From positions 29,912 through 88,200 of the forward strand of contig JBBDYD010000136.1 in the NCBI GenBank assembly GCA_040901865.1: 58,289 nt of DNA, read 5' to 3'. The stretch comes from Bacteroidota bacterium (GTDB lineage Bacteria; Bacteroidota; Ignavibacteria; UBA10030). Positions 39,347 to 48,012 of the stretch are shown piece after piece. Made by a program: the position numbers and the translations under genes. Position 1 is the stretch's first letter; every line of letters begins with the position of its first letter. Under the pieces are notes generated by a model. It had not been told where the DNA came from and searched no databases. It was given only the letters and a program-made list of their open reading frames with translations.

Positions 39347-39460
39347 TTGGTGTAAGGTAATAGTTACTAGTTATTAGGTATTGGTGGATTGCTGTTCACC
39401 GTTTACCGTTCACGGTTTACTATTCACTACTCTTCACTCTTTACTCTTCACCCTTCACCA
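39347..39460. repeat. Two-armed heptanucleotide array (about 16 units)
   Basis: AGGTAAT AGTTACT AGTTATT AGGTATT ... CACCGTT TACCGTT CACGGTT TACTATT CACTACT CTTCACT CTTTACT CTTCACC CTTCACC. The right arm is the reverse complement of the AGTGAAG/AGTAAAG family seen at 19129. Confidence 0.9.
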
Positions 39461-39473
39461 TTGAGATACTCAT

Positions 39474-40928
39474 ATGCCCTCAAAAGCTGACATAGGCCTG
39501 GTAGGACTCGCCGTCATGGGAGAAAACCTCGTCTTGAACATGGAAAGCCGTGGATTCACGGTTGCTGTTTTCAATCGTACTGTCGATAAAGTCAATCAGT
39601 TCGTTCAGGGAAGGGGAAAAGGAAAGAACGTCATCGGAGCCAAATCAATTCCTGAACTTGTACAATCCCTTAAAAAACCCCGCAAGATCATGCTGATGGT
39701 CAAAGCGGGAAAACCCGTGGACGACCTCATTGGTCAGCTTCTGCCGCATCTCGAACAAGGGGATATTGTGATCGATGGGGGAAACTCACATTTCCCCGAT
39801 ACCATTCGCAGAACAAAATACCTCGAAGAGAAAGGGATGTTATTCATCGGTACCGGAGTTTCAGGCGGCGAAGAAGGGGCCTTACGCGGTCCTTCGATCA
39901 TGCCGGGAGGTTCGTCGGCCGCGTGGCCGCATGTAAAGCCCATCTTCCAATCCATTGCCGCAAAGGTGGAGGACGGAACCCCGTGCTGCGACTGGGTTGG
40001 TGAAAACGGGGCGGGACATTTTGTGAAGATGGTGCACAACGGAATCGAGTACGGTGACATGCAGCTCATTTGCGAGGCCTATCAGATCATGAAGGAGCTG
40101 CTGGGGATGAACGCGGGTGAAATGCATGAAGTCTTCAAACAGTGGAATACGGGTGATCTGGACAGCTATCTGATCGAGATCACACGCGACATCCTGGCGC
40201 ACAAAGATGATGACGGCAGTGCTCTTGTTGACAAGATCCTCGATACTGCGGGACAGAAAGGAACGGGGAAATGGACGAGTGTCTCGGCGCTGGATCTTGG
40301 AATCCCGTTGACGCTGATCAGCGAAGCCGTGTACGCACGGTGCCTCTCGGCAATGAAAACTGAACGTGTTGCGGCTGCCAAAGTGCTGAACGGCCCGAAA
40401 CCGGTGTTCACCGGTGACCGCGCGACTTTCCTGCGGGATCTGGAACATGCTCTCTATGCGTCGAAGATCGTCTCGTACGCTCAGGGGTTCACGCTGCTTC
40501 GCTCAGCGGCGGCTGAGTTCAAGTGGGACTTGAAGTATGGTTCCATCGCACTGATGTGGCGGGGCGGATGCATCATTCGGTCGGCATTTCTCGGCAAGAT
40601 CAAGGAGGCATTCGACAGAAATCCCGATCTGGCGAACGTTCTGCTCGATTCATTCTTCAGGCAGAAGATCGAGGAGTCTCAGGCGGCATGGCGGAGGGTG
40701 ATCGCGGCGGCAGTTCTCAACGGTATCTGGATCCCGGCGTTCTCCACAGCGTTGAATTACTTCGACGGGTACAGAAATGCCCGCCTTCCGGCAAACCTGT
40801 TGCAGGCTCAGCGCGATTACTTCGGCGCTCATCAGTACGAACGGATAGATAAGCCTGTCGGGGAATTTTTCCACACGAATTGGACGGGTCGCGGCGGAGA
40901 AACGGCTTCAACGGCGTACGTGGCCTGA
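39474..40928 (+). CDS. gnd: 6-phosphogluconate dehydrogenase (decarboxylating)
   Basis: 484 aa. IGLVGLAVMGENL.LN..S.GF, DGGNS.F.DT.RR, GTGVSGGEEGA..GPS.MPGG and HFVKMVHNGIEYGDMQLI are canonical Gnd blocks. Confidence 0.93.
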   Translation: MPSKADIGLVGLAVMGENLVLNMESRGFTVAVFNRTVDKVNQFVQGRGKGKNVIGAKSIPELVQSLKKPRKIMLMVKAGKPVDDLIGQLLPHLEQGDIVIDGGNSHFPDTIRRTKYLEEKGMLFIGTGVSGGEEGALRGPSIMPGGSSAAWPHVKPIFQSIAAKVEDGTPCCDWVGENGAGHFVKMVHNGIEYGDMQLICEAYQIMKELLGMNAGEMHEVFKQWNTGDLDSYLIEITRDILAHKDDDGSALVDKILDTAGQKGTGKWTSVSALDLGIPLTLISEAVYARCLSAMKTERVAAAKVLNGPKPVFTGDRATFLRDLEHALYASKIVSYAQGFTLLRSAAAEFKWDLKYGSIALMWRGGCIIRSAFLGKIKEAFDRNPDLANVLLDSFFRQKIEESQAAWRRVIAAAVLNGIWIPAFSTALNYFDGYRNARLPANLLQAQRDYFGAHQYERIDKPVGEFFHTNWTGRGGETASTAYVA

Positions 40929-40952
40929 GGGGATCAAGTTTGATTCAATTCG

Positions 40953-40973
40953 TCCCGCCAAACAGAGGCGGGA
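40953..40973 (+). terminator. Hairpin downstream of gnd (TCCCGCC-N7-GGCGGGA)
   Basis: Perfect 7-bp GC-rich stem, 25 nt after the gnd stop. There is no clear U-tract, so terminator function is uncertain. Confidence 0.4.
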
Positions 40974-40990
40974 TCTCCGCTTCGCTCCGA

Positions 40991-41027
40991 CAATTCGACA
41001 TTTGACATTCGACATTCGAAATTCACC
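40991..41027. repeat. Heptanucleotide tandem array (ACATTCG-like, about 5 units)
   Basis: CAATTCG ACATTTG ACATTCG ACATTCG AAATTCA, between the convergent gene ends of gnd and the 41030-41455 gene. Confidence 0.85.
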
Positions 41028-41029
41028 GA

Positions 41030-41455
41030 CTATCTCTTGAGCTCCGCCACGGTGAGACTTTCCACTTCGAGGTGCGGATGGGAGATGGCTTCCTTGATTG
41101 TCCGCAAACGGGTCTCGGAAAACCACTGAACATCCAGCCCGTTCAGTTCCGCCACAAGCTTGAGCCAATCTTCTTCCGACTGATGGATCTCATTGTCTGA
41201 AAAAGCCAGTACGAGGCCATCCTGCACAAACTTCGTTGCAAGGTCTTTGGACGAGAACTTCGGGGGCTGATCCCTGACATGTTCATTCTCCAAAATTCCC
41301 TTGATGGCTTGATCGCAGAACTCTTCCTCAAACCCCAACGCTTTTCCGATCCGCTTCATGAGTTGAACTTCCGATTCAGTGACCTTGCGGTCCTTTCTGA
41401 TGAGCAGAAGAAGTCCCTTGAAATAACTGCTGGCGTCGATAGCGGAGATGTTCAT
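41030..41455 (-). CDS. Small cytoplasmic protein, possibly TerB-like fold
   Basis: 141 aa, helical. Two repeated segments with E.E...L..I...LG. The family assignment is tentative. Confidence 0.35.
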   Translation of the reverse strand: MNISAIDASSYFKGLLLLIRKDRKVTESEVQLMKRIGKALGFEEEFCDQAIKGILENEHVRDQPPKFSSKDLATKFVQDGLVLAFSDNEIHQSEEDWLKLVAELNGLDVQWFSETRLRTIKEAISHPHLEVESLTVAELKR

Positions 41456-41493
41456 AATTGATGCTCTCTAATATGATGGTGGTGAGAAAACAT

Positions 41494-42066
41494 TCATGGA
41501 TGCGATCTTGTGTAGCCATCGGTCATGGTACCAGAAGCCGATGTTTGCAGAGTATTCGTACACTGCACACAAAACGATGAGGACTTCAAATCGACTTCTT
41601 CGACACCGCTCGACGAGTGCATGACACATTCGAAGTCTCTGCAATGTACAAGGCCGAACGCATGACCGAGTTCATGCACGGCTTCCTTGATCATCCGCTC
41701 CTCGAAACGCCGCGGATTTGCCGGCAGGCCGTAAAGAGTGTCATCGAGGCGAAACGTCGATATGATAGCGGCCTTGCCGTCAAGCTGGGCTTCACCAAAC
41801 ACATAGGTAAGCACCGGAATATACAAGTCCTCCTCTGTCACGGCAAGTACTTTGCCGCGATGCGATGAAAACATCCGAACGAGGCTTGAAAGCAGGAGCG
41901 TTGAATAATACTGGTTTCTGGAGGGGTCGAACGCGAAGGCGGGATCGATGCGGTTCGACGTGTCCCTGACGACGGGCATGGAGAAGGATTCATTGATCCC
42001 CGTGGTTACGGCGAAAAGGTGCCCGGCGGGAACGGAGCCTATGGGTACCACCATGATGGAAGCCAT
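41494..42066 (-). CDS. Archaemetzincin-like zinc metallopeptidase (M54 family)
   Basis: HELGHAFGLVHCRDFECVM...CVQC fits the archaemetzincin signature HEXXHXXGX3CX4CXM...CXXC. Confidence 0.75.
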   Translation of the reverse strand: MASIMVVPIGSVPAGHLFAVTTGINESFSMPVVRDTSNRIDPAFAFDPSRNQYYSTLLLSSLVRMFSSHRGKVLAVTEEDLYIPVLTYVFGEAQLDGKAAIISTFRLDDTLYGLPANPRRFEERMIKEAVHELGHAFGLVHCRDFECVMHSSSGVEEVDLKSSSFCVQCTNTLQTSASGTMTDGYTRSHP

Positions 42067-42069
42067 GGA

Positions 42070-43434
42070 TCACGGTTTCTTCAAACCAAACTTCGCGATT
42101 TTGTTATAGAGGGTCACCCGGTCGATATCCAGCATCTCCGCGGACCTCGTGATGTTCCATCCGTTGCGGTGCAGGATATTCTCGATGTGAACCTTCTCGA
42201 TCGCTTCCAGCGTGTCCCCGTTCGGCGCGGCATGGGTCTGGGCGAGCTGAAATGGCAGGTCTGTCGACTTGATGGAAGGGGGCTTTGCCAGCACCATGGC
42301 CCGCTCAATGACATTCTCCAGTTCCCGCACGTTGCCGGGCCATGGATAGCGGATAATCAGATCCAGCGCGGCCGCATCGATCTCCTTCACCGGTTTGTTC
42401 ATGATCGTCGAGTACTTCTGCACAAAATGTTGAACCAGTGGAGGTATGTCCGACCGGCGCTCCCGCAGCGGTGGCAACGACACGGTGAACACATTCAGCC
42501 GGTAGTACAAATCCTCCCGGAACGCTCCTTCCTTCACGGCTTGCTCCAGGTCCCGGTTGGTTGCGCAAATTACTCTGAAATCACTCTTGATCGGCTCGCT
42601 TCCTCCCACTCGAGTGAATTGGTGGCTCTCGATCACGCGCAAGAGCTGAACCTGCATCTTGGGTGTGATCGTGCCGATCTCGTCGAGAAAAATCGTCCCA
42701 CCATCCGCAAGTTCGAATTTTCCCTTTCTCTTGTACTGAGCTCCGGTGAAGGCGCCCTTTTCGTGGCCAAAGAGCTCGCTCTCCAGAAGGCTCTCCGGTA
42801 CCGCTCCGCAATTCACTGGAATCAACGGAAAATATCTCCGGTTGCTGTTGATATGGATCGTGCGCGCGATCAATTCCTTCCCCGTGCCGCTCTCCCCGCG
42901 GATCATGACGGTCGTGTCGGTTTGCGCAACGCTTGTGGCGAGTTCCACCACTTTTTTTATCTGTGGACTTTCACCAATCAGGTCATCGGGTGTCAGGAGT
43001 GTGGAAAGATGTTCCCGCAGACGGACATTCTCCTTGGAAAGGTTCTTGTGCCGAAGAGCGTTCTGAACGAGATGCGATAGATGATCGGGATCGACCGGCT
43101 TCGTGACATAGTCGAACGCTCCCTCTTTCAGGGACTGGACCGCGCTTTCCACAGAGGCAAACGCGGTGATCATGATGATAGCAGCGGCCTTATCGATTTC
43201 GTGAATCCGCTTCTGAAGCTCAAGTCCGCTCATGCCGGGCATTTTGATGTCGAGGAGAATAACGTCCCAGGGGCCCTTATCCAGAAGCTTGAGAGCGCCG
43301 GCCGCATTCTCCGCGGCTTCAACACGGTAACCGTCCTGGCGGAACCATTTGGTTAAGGAATCCCTGACGACAAATTCGTCGTCGACAATGAGAATTCCGG
43401 ATCGGTTGTTTGAGTTCGTTTCCATAGCGGTCAT
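42070..43434 (-). CDS. Sigma-54-dependent response regulator (NtrC family)
   Basis: Receiver domain (ILIVDDE...DVILLDIKMPG). AAA+ domain with GESGTGKE and the GAFTGA loop (EKGAFTGA). C-terminal Fis-type HTH. Confidence 0.92.
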   Translation of the reverse strand: MTAMETNSNNRSGILIVDDEFVVRDSLTKWFRQDGYRVEAAENAAGALKLLDKGPWDVILLDIKMPGMSGLELQKRIHEIDKAAAIIMITAFASVESAVQSLKEGAFDYVTKPVDPDHLSHLVQNALRHKNLSKENVRLREHLSTLLTPDDLIGESPQIKKVVELATSVAQTDTTVMIRGESGTGKELIARTIHINSNRRYFPLIPVNCGAVPESLLESELFGHEKGAFTGAQYKRKGKFELADGGTIFLDEIGTITPKMQVQLLRVIESHQFTRVGGSEPIKSDFRVICATNRDLEQAVKEGAFREDLYYRLNVFTVSLPPLRERRSDIPPLVQHFVQKYSTIMNKPVKEIDAAALDLIIRYPWPGNVRELENVIERAMVLAKPPSIKSTDLPFQLAQTHAAPNGDTLEAIEKVHIENILHRNGWNITRSAEMLDIDRVTLYNKIAKFGLKKP

Positions 43435-45068
43435 CCAGTCTGTTCAACGTGATCTGGTGCTTGTGCGACAGGCGGTTCAAGAGGGGTCGGAAAAATGATC
43501 GAGAAGGTCGTCCCCTCGTTTCGTTTCGATTGTACGTCGATGGTCCCGCCGTAACGCTGAACGATTCCGTGCACAACTGCCAACCCCAGCCCGGTACCCT
43601 TCCCCTGATCTTTGGTCGTAAAGAACGGTTCAAAGATCCGCGGAATGTCCTCTTCGTTAATTCCGCACCCTGTGTCACGCACTATCAATTCGATCCCGTT
43701 CTGCGCGTTCCTAAAAACAACGCTCAGATCCCCGCCTTCGGGCATTGCCTCGACTGCATTCATCATGAGGGCAAGCAGGGCCTGCTCGATTTGGGCGGCG
43801 TCACAGATCATAACCACCGGACGTTCGCTGAGTTTCACCACAAGGCGAATGGAGTTCATTTTCAGATGGTGGTCGATGAGCTTCAGACTTCGCTGAACAA
43901 TTGCCCGGAGGTCCTCTTCTTTTTGCACCCCCACACGCTGCTTCGAGAACAAGAGGAGGTTCGTAACAATCGCCCCGCAGCGTGCGGTCTCGTCGGCAAT
44001 TAACGTCAGCTCTTCATGAACCTCCGCCGCGGCCTCCGGTGAAAGCGCGATGCCGGCTGTGATTTTCTTTCGAAGGAGTTTCGCATACGTCAGGACGCCC
44101 TCGAGCGGATTATTCAGCTCATGAGCGACGGTTGCCGCGAGTTGACCAAGGGAAGCCATCTTTTCCACGTGAATCATATTTTGCTGTGCCCTGCGCAGTT
44201 CGTCCGTTTTGGCGGCGACCCGGAATTCGAGCGTCTCAGTCCATTCGTCGATTTCCTTCCGTGCCCGTTGCAGTTCACCCGTCATCTGATTGAAGGATTG
44301 AGCGAGCGCTCCGACTTCATCGGTGGAGCGGACCGGGATGCGATGAGCAAGATTTCCTCTCATAATCTCTGCGGTTCCCAGCGTGAGCTGACGTGTCGGG
44401 ATGTTGACCATGAGCCAGATGAAAATGCCTGTGATGGAACTGACCGCTGCCACCAGAAACAGAGCAAGGAGGATTTGTTCCTGCGTTGTTTCTGCCATTG
44501 CCGCTTCAACATCGGTGAGCGGAAGCATCACATCAAGGACGCCCAGAACCGTCTGGTCCGCATCGTGGGCATGGCAGTCCGCCGTTGAGCATGAAGTTTC
44601 GTTGTAGATCGGTGTGATCATTCCGAGGACACCGTGGCCACGGGGAGATTGAAATACGCGGGTGAGTTCCGTGAGATTGAGCGAGCTTGGCGGCAGGTCC
44701 GATCCGTGACAGACGTTGCATGCCTCAGCATTCATATCCACAACACTGCCAACCTGGGAACTGTCGGTCGAAAATGAAATCACGCCCTGCTTGTTGTAGA
44801 TCCTGATCGTCTCAATGCCCGGCTCGTTTCCAATGGTCTTGATGATCTGATAAATGTCTTCGCGGCGATTCAGAAGCATACTGTAGTGCGTCGAGCGCTT
44901 GATCACATCGCTCGTACGCGCCGCCGTTTTGACAGCGATGCTCATGTGGCGGTTCGTCTGCCACCCGACGTTCAGTGTCGTGAAAAGGGCAGTTCCGGCA
45001 ACCATCACGGAAAGGACGATGACAAAAAGGCGAAAGCCGAGAAGTTTGGTGAAGTTCATGCTCAACAT
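43431..45068 (-). CDS. Sensor histidine kinase with periplasmic domain carrying two c-type heme-attachment motifs
   Basis: TM1, a periplasmic segment of about 160 aa, then TM2-HAMP-HisKA (VAHELNNPL)-HATPase. CNVCH is encoded at 44706-44720 and CSTADCH at 44571-44591, both between the two TM helices. Confidence 0.85.
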   Translation of the reverse strand: MLSMNFTKLLGFRLFVIVLSVMVAGTALFTTLNVGWQTNRHMSIAVKTAARTSDVIKRSTHYSMLLNRREDIYQIIKTIGNEPGIETIRIYNKQGVISFSTDSSQVGSVVDMNAEACNVCHGSDLPPSSLNLTELTRVFQSPRGHGVLGMITPIYNETSCSTADCHAHDADQTVLGVLDVMLPLTDVEAAMAETTQEQILLALFLVAAVSSITGIFIWLMVNIPTRQLTLGTAEIMRGNLAHRIPVRSTDEVGALAQSFNQMTGELQRARKEIDEWTETLEFRVAAKTDELRRAQQNMIHVEKMASLGQLAATVAHELNNPLEGVLTYAKLLRKKITAGIALSPEAAAEVHEELTLIADETARCGAIVTNLLLFSKQRVGVQKEEDLRAIVQRSLKLIDHHLKMNSIRLVVKLSERPVVMICDAAQIEQALLALMMNAVEAMPEGGDLSVVFRNAQNGIELIVRDTGCGINEEDIPRIFEPFFTTKDQGKGTGLGLAVVHGIVQRYGGTIDVQSKRNEGTTFSIIFPTPLEPPVAQAPDHVEQTG

Positions 45069-45092
45069 GGTTTTGGGAACATACCCTTTAGG

Positions 45093-45108
45093 GTCAATTC
45101 CTGTGCCA
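45093..45108 (-). promoter_or_regulatory. Candidate sigma-54 promoter (TGGCAC-AGGAA-TTGAC)
   Basis: The minus strand reads TGGCACAGGAATTGAC about 25 nt upstream of the kinase ATG. The -24 element is perfect. The -12 element is GA instead of GC. Confidence 0.3.
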
Positions 45109-45228
45109 TTTGAGGCGGGGGAAAAGGGGCGTAATCAGGCGGGTTGAGCAAGTAAGCGGACGCAGAATCTCATTTCTGGCAAATATTCCAACTCCTGAAA
45201 ATCGGAATGATTGCCATCGCGGCGCTTC

Positions 45229-46002
45229 CTAGTTCCTGAGAGGAATAAACAGCCGCGCCAGCAGGGCGAAAGCGGCAGGGCCGACCATTTCGAATGGTGA
45301 GCGAATGGGGAATCCGCCGTCCAATGCGCTCGGGCCGATGTCGGGCCGGGAGTGCAGACGTGAAGAAATCTCGTCCTTTAGTCTTAGAAGTTCTCGTGCG
45401 ACTGATTGTGCATTTTCGGACGCAGATCTCCCCTCAGAGAACTTTCCGCTGCTCGCATCAACAAATGCCTTGACAACCCACCCCCGGGTATAGGGCTTAT
45501 CCGCCAACAGAGCCGGATTGGTTGCGAGCTCCTGGTTATACTGAATAACGGTTCCATCGAAAGGCGATGAGATGCCGATGGTACCCTCATCATGCACCAG
45601 CCAACAGCAGGGTGAGTGGCGCACGAGGTGCGTGGGATGATGGGGGAGAACGATCGCAGCAAGCGGTCCGACAAGTGATGCAGCAACATGGTCGAGGCCG
45701 ATGGTGATCGAGGTATCGTCTTCATGCCGGATCCAGAGATGGCCGGAAACATACGTTCGGTCTCCCGGAAATTGCAACGGATCAAACGAAGAGAAATACC
45801 GATCGAGCGCAGTAACGGTCATGTCGGGTAGCGGATCGATCGCCGCGACATTGCTCACATTGGCGTCAAACACAGGGCGGCGCATGATGGCGTCAAAGGC
45901 GCATTCATCACACCGAAACTCCATGTCGCAAAGTTTGCAGGCCACCACTCCCGCGTCCATCCAGATGCACCGCGAGGGCTGATCCGTGTGTTTTGTTGTC
46001 AT
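45229..46002 (-). CDS. Cys-rich N-terminal domain fused to a GcvH-fold (glycine cleavage H-like) domain, unknown function
   Basis: Start at ATG 46002, preceded by GAGGAG. N-terminus CIWMDAGVVACKLCDMEFRCDECAFD. The central segment GHLWIRHEDD.SITIGLDHVAA...SSPFDGTVIQYN resembles GcvH. My hand alignment places Glu at the lipoyl-Lys position. Confidence 0.6.
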   Translation of the reverse strand: MTTKHTDQPSRCIWMDAGVVACKLCDMEFRCDECAFDAIMRRPVFDANVSNVAAIDPLPDMTVTALDRYFSSFDPLQFPGDRTYVSGHLWIRHEDDTSITIGLDHVAASLVGPLAAIVLPHHPTHLVRHSPCCWLVHDEGTIGISSPFDGTVIQYNQELATNPALLADKPYTRGWVVKAFVDASSGKFSEGRSASENAQSVARELLRLKDEISSRLHSRPDIGPSALDGGFPIRSPFEMVGPAAFALLARLFIPLRN

Positions 46003-46029
46003 GGCATGCTCCTCATTCAACGGACAAAT

Positions 46030-47211
46030 CTATTTAAGTGCTTCATGGTACGACACGACATCGTATTGCGGAACGTCTTTCGGAGTCGGCTCGTCGGTCG
46101 CGTGCTCAAAAATCGGAAGGTGCTTCACTGCGAGCCGAAACGCTGCGAATCCCAACGCGATGACCATCAGCGTCACGGAAACTTCCATCCAGGACGGGAA
46201 ATAGTTCATCCCCGAATATCGTTCAAGAGCTGTGACGCTCAAATTCATGCGGTTCATGATGAATCCAAGCACGACGAGCAGCGAAATCGCAAAGAGCCCG
46301 GTCCGGGTTTGCCGGATTCGTTTGATCGAAATAAGCGTGATAGGAACCGCCACGCCGAGGAGGATCTCGCTCAGATAAAGCACGGACTCGGTATTGAACG
46401 TCAGCAAATACGGCATCAGCTGATAGGCCATGATGTCCTGGACCTTCAGCACCAGATACACGGCAAGAGCCACACCGCTTACCTTGGCAAGCTGGCTGAG
46501 GATCGGAACCTCGATCTCGCGCTTGAAGGCCCTGAAGCTCAGGAATGACTCAATCGTGACCATGGCAGGCCCCACCGCAACCGCCGTCAGGAAAAAGAGA
46601 TACGGGAGACTTGAAGAATACCAAAGCGGATACACCTTCTCGGGAACAATCAGAAAAAGTGATCCGAGAGATGATTGGTGGAGGGATGAAAGAATCACAC
46701 CGAGGATCACAAGGGGAATCGAGATCGCGTGAATGGCTTTCTTTGCCCAGCCCATGTTCAGCCGTTCAAAGACGACAGGGCTGAACTCGAGGGCGAGCAC
46801 CGTGGAGTAGAGCATCACGCACCACCCGACCTCGAACATCACTGACTTCGGATTCCACATGATGATCGGGTGCCAGACGTTCCAGGGCTTTCCCAGGTCA
46901 TACATCAATGCGAAAACGACAAGGATGTACCCGAGGAATGCCGTCAGGACGGCGGGGCGAAGAATCGGCTTGTAGCGGTCGAGATTGAAGATGTACACCG
47001 ATGCCGCGACGACAAATCCGCCGGCGGCCAGTCCCACTCCGCACAGAATGTCAAATCCGATCCAGAGCCCCCAGGGGAACGCGTCGCTCAGATTGGTTGA
47101 AGCTCCGAGGCCCTGGGTGAATCGAATGAATGTCGAAACGAGGCCGGCCGAAACAATGATCCAGAAGGTGGTTCCCCAAAAGGTAAACCGTGGGAGTCGT
47201 AAGGCGCGCAT
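46030..47211 (-). CDS. NrfD/PsrC family polytopic membrane protein (quinone-interacting subunit)
   Basis: 393 aa with about 10 predicted hydrophobic helices. W.WPI..Y.F-like N-terminal segments (AFPWGLWIGFDILCGVGLAAGG) typical of NrfD/PsrC/HybB/DsrP proteins. Adjacent to the 4Fe-4S subunit gene. Confidence 0.8.
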   Translation of the reverse strand: MRALRLPRFTFWGTTFWIIVSAGLVSTFIRFTQGLGASTNLSDAFPWGLWIGFDILCGVGLAAGGFVVAASVYIFNLDRYKPILRPAVLTAFLGYILVVFALMYDLGKPWNVWHPIIMWNPKSVMFEVGWCVMLYSTVLALEFSPVVFERLNMGWAKKAIHAISIPLVILGVILSSLHQSSLGSLFLIVPEKVYPLWYSSSLPYLFFLTAVAVGPAMVTIESFLSFRAFKREIEVPILSQLAKVSGVALAVYLVLKVQDIMAYQLMPYLLTFNTESVLYLSEILLGVAVPITLISIKRIRQTRTGLFAISLLVVLGFIMNRMNLSVTALERYSGMNYFPSWMEVSVTLMVIALGFAAFRLAVKHLPIFEHATDEPTPKDVPQYDVVSYHEALK

Positions 47212-47223
47212 GAAATTCCTCCG

Positions 47224-48012
47224 TTATTCAGATAATTGATTGTGACCGTTCTTGCCGTTTTGCCGCTCCTGCAGCTTGAGCAACGCGGCTTCGTATGCCT
47301 GTACCTCTGTTCGCCTGTTCGTGATCCACCAAATACCGGCGAGTAATGTGCTGCCCCAGAAAACGTAGTTGGGGATTTTCGAGAGAATCGCCCATGTAAG
47401 CGTGGGAAGTGGATGATCCGGCAGATTGGTTTTCATGCCGAGCTGTTCGAACGGTTTCGGTGAAAGGAAAATCACCGACGTGCCGCCTGCTTCCTTGACT
47501 CCATAGATGTGGTTCTCATACATTCCGGGATCGGCCGCGATCCTGTTCTTTGCCTCCAGGATCAATTCATCGAGCGGGCCAAAGATACGCGCCTCTGTGG
47601 GGCATGATTCCACGCATGCCGGCTTCTCGCCCTTCTTGATCCGATCGTAGCACATGTCGCATTTTCGGACTTCCGGATTCAAACTATGCCACTGGTATGT
47701 CGGAACATCAAACGGGCATGCCTGGAGGCAATACCGGCAGCCCATGCATTTGTCCGCGTCGTAAATCACCGGCCCCTCGGGCGTTTTTTCGAATGCCCCG
47801 ACCGGACAGACGGAAGCGCAGGTGGGTTCGGCACAGTGCATGCATTGAACAGGGACGTAAACGTCGTCAACCTGCCGCACGGCCGTGTTGCGAATCTCCG
47901 ACAGCTTATGGACGTCGGAGGTAGGGTTGCCCCAGCGCTCCGAGCAGGCTTCTTCGCATGCGTAACAACCCACACATCGTGTGATGTCGATGAGAATTCC
48001 GTGGCGGGTCAT
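47224..48012 (-). CDS. NrfC/PsrB/HybA-like four-cluster [4Fe-4S] protein with C-terminal TM helix and no visible Tat signal
   Basis: Cys groups CVGCYACEEAC, CMHCAEPTCASVCP, CMGCRYCLQACP and CDMC...CVESCP. C-terminal hydrophobic helix LLAGIWWI. The N-terminus MTRHGILIDITRC lacks a twin-arginine leader. Confidence 0.85.
   Translation of the reverse strand: MTRHGILIDITRCVGCYACEEACSERWGNPTSDVHKLSEIRNTAVRQVDDVYVPVQCMHCAEPTCASVCPVGAFEKTPEGPVIYDADKCMGCRYCLQACPFDVPTYQWHSLNPEVRKCDMCYDRIKKGEKPACVESCPTEARIFGPLDELILEAKNRIAADPGMYENHIYGVKEAGGTSVIFLSPKPFEQLGMKTNLPDHPLPTLTWAILSKIPNYVFWGSTLLAGIWWITNRRTEVQAYEAALLKLQERQNGKNGHNQLSE

Noticed and set aside
42019-43080. 353-aa plus-strand ORF
   Set aside because: Antisense to the sigma-54 activator, whose Walker A and GAFTGA motifs are unambiguous.
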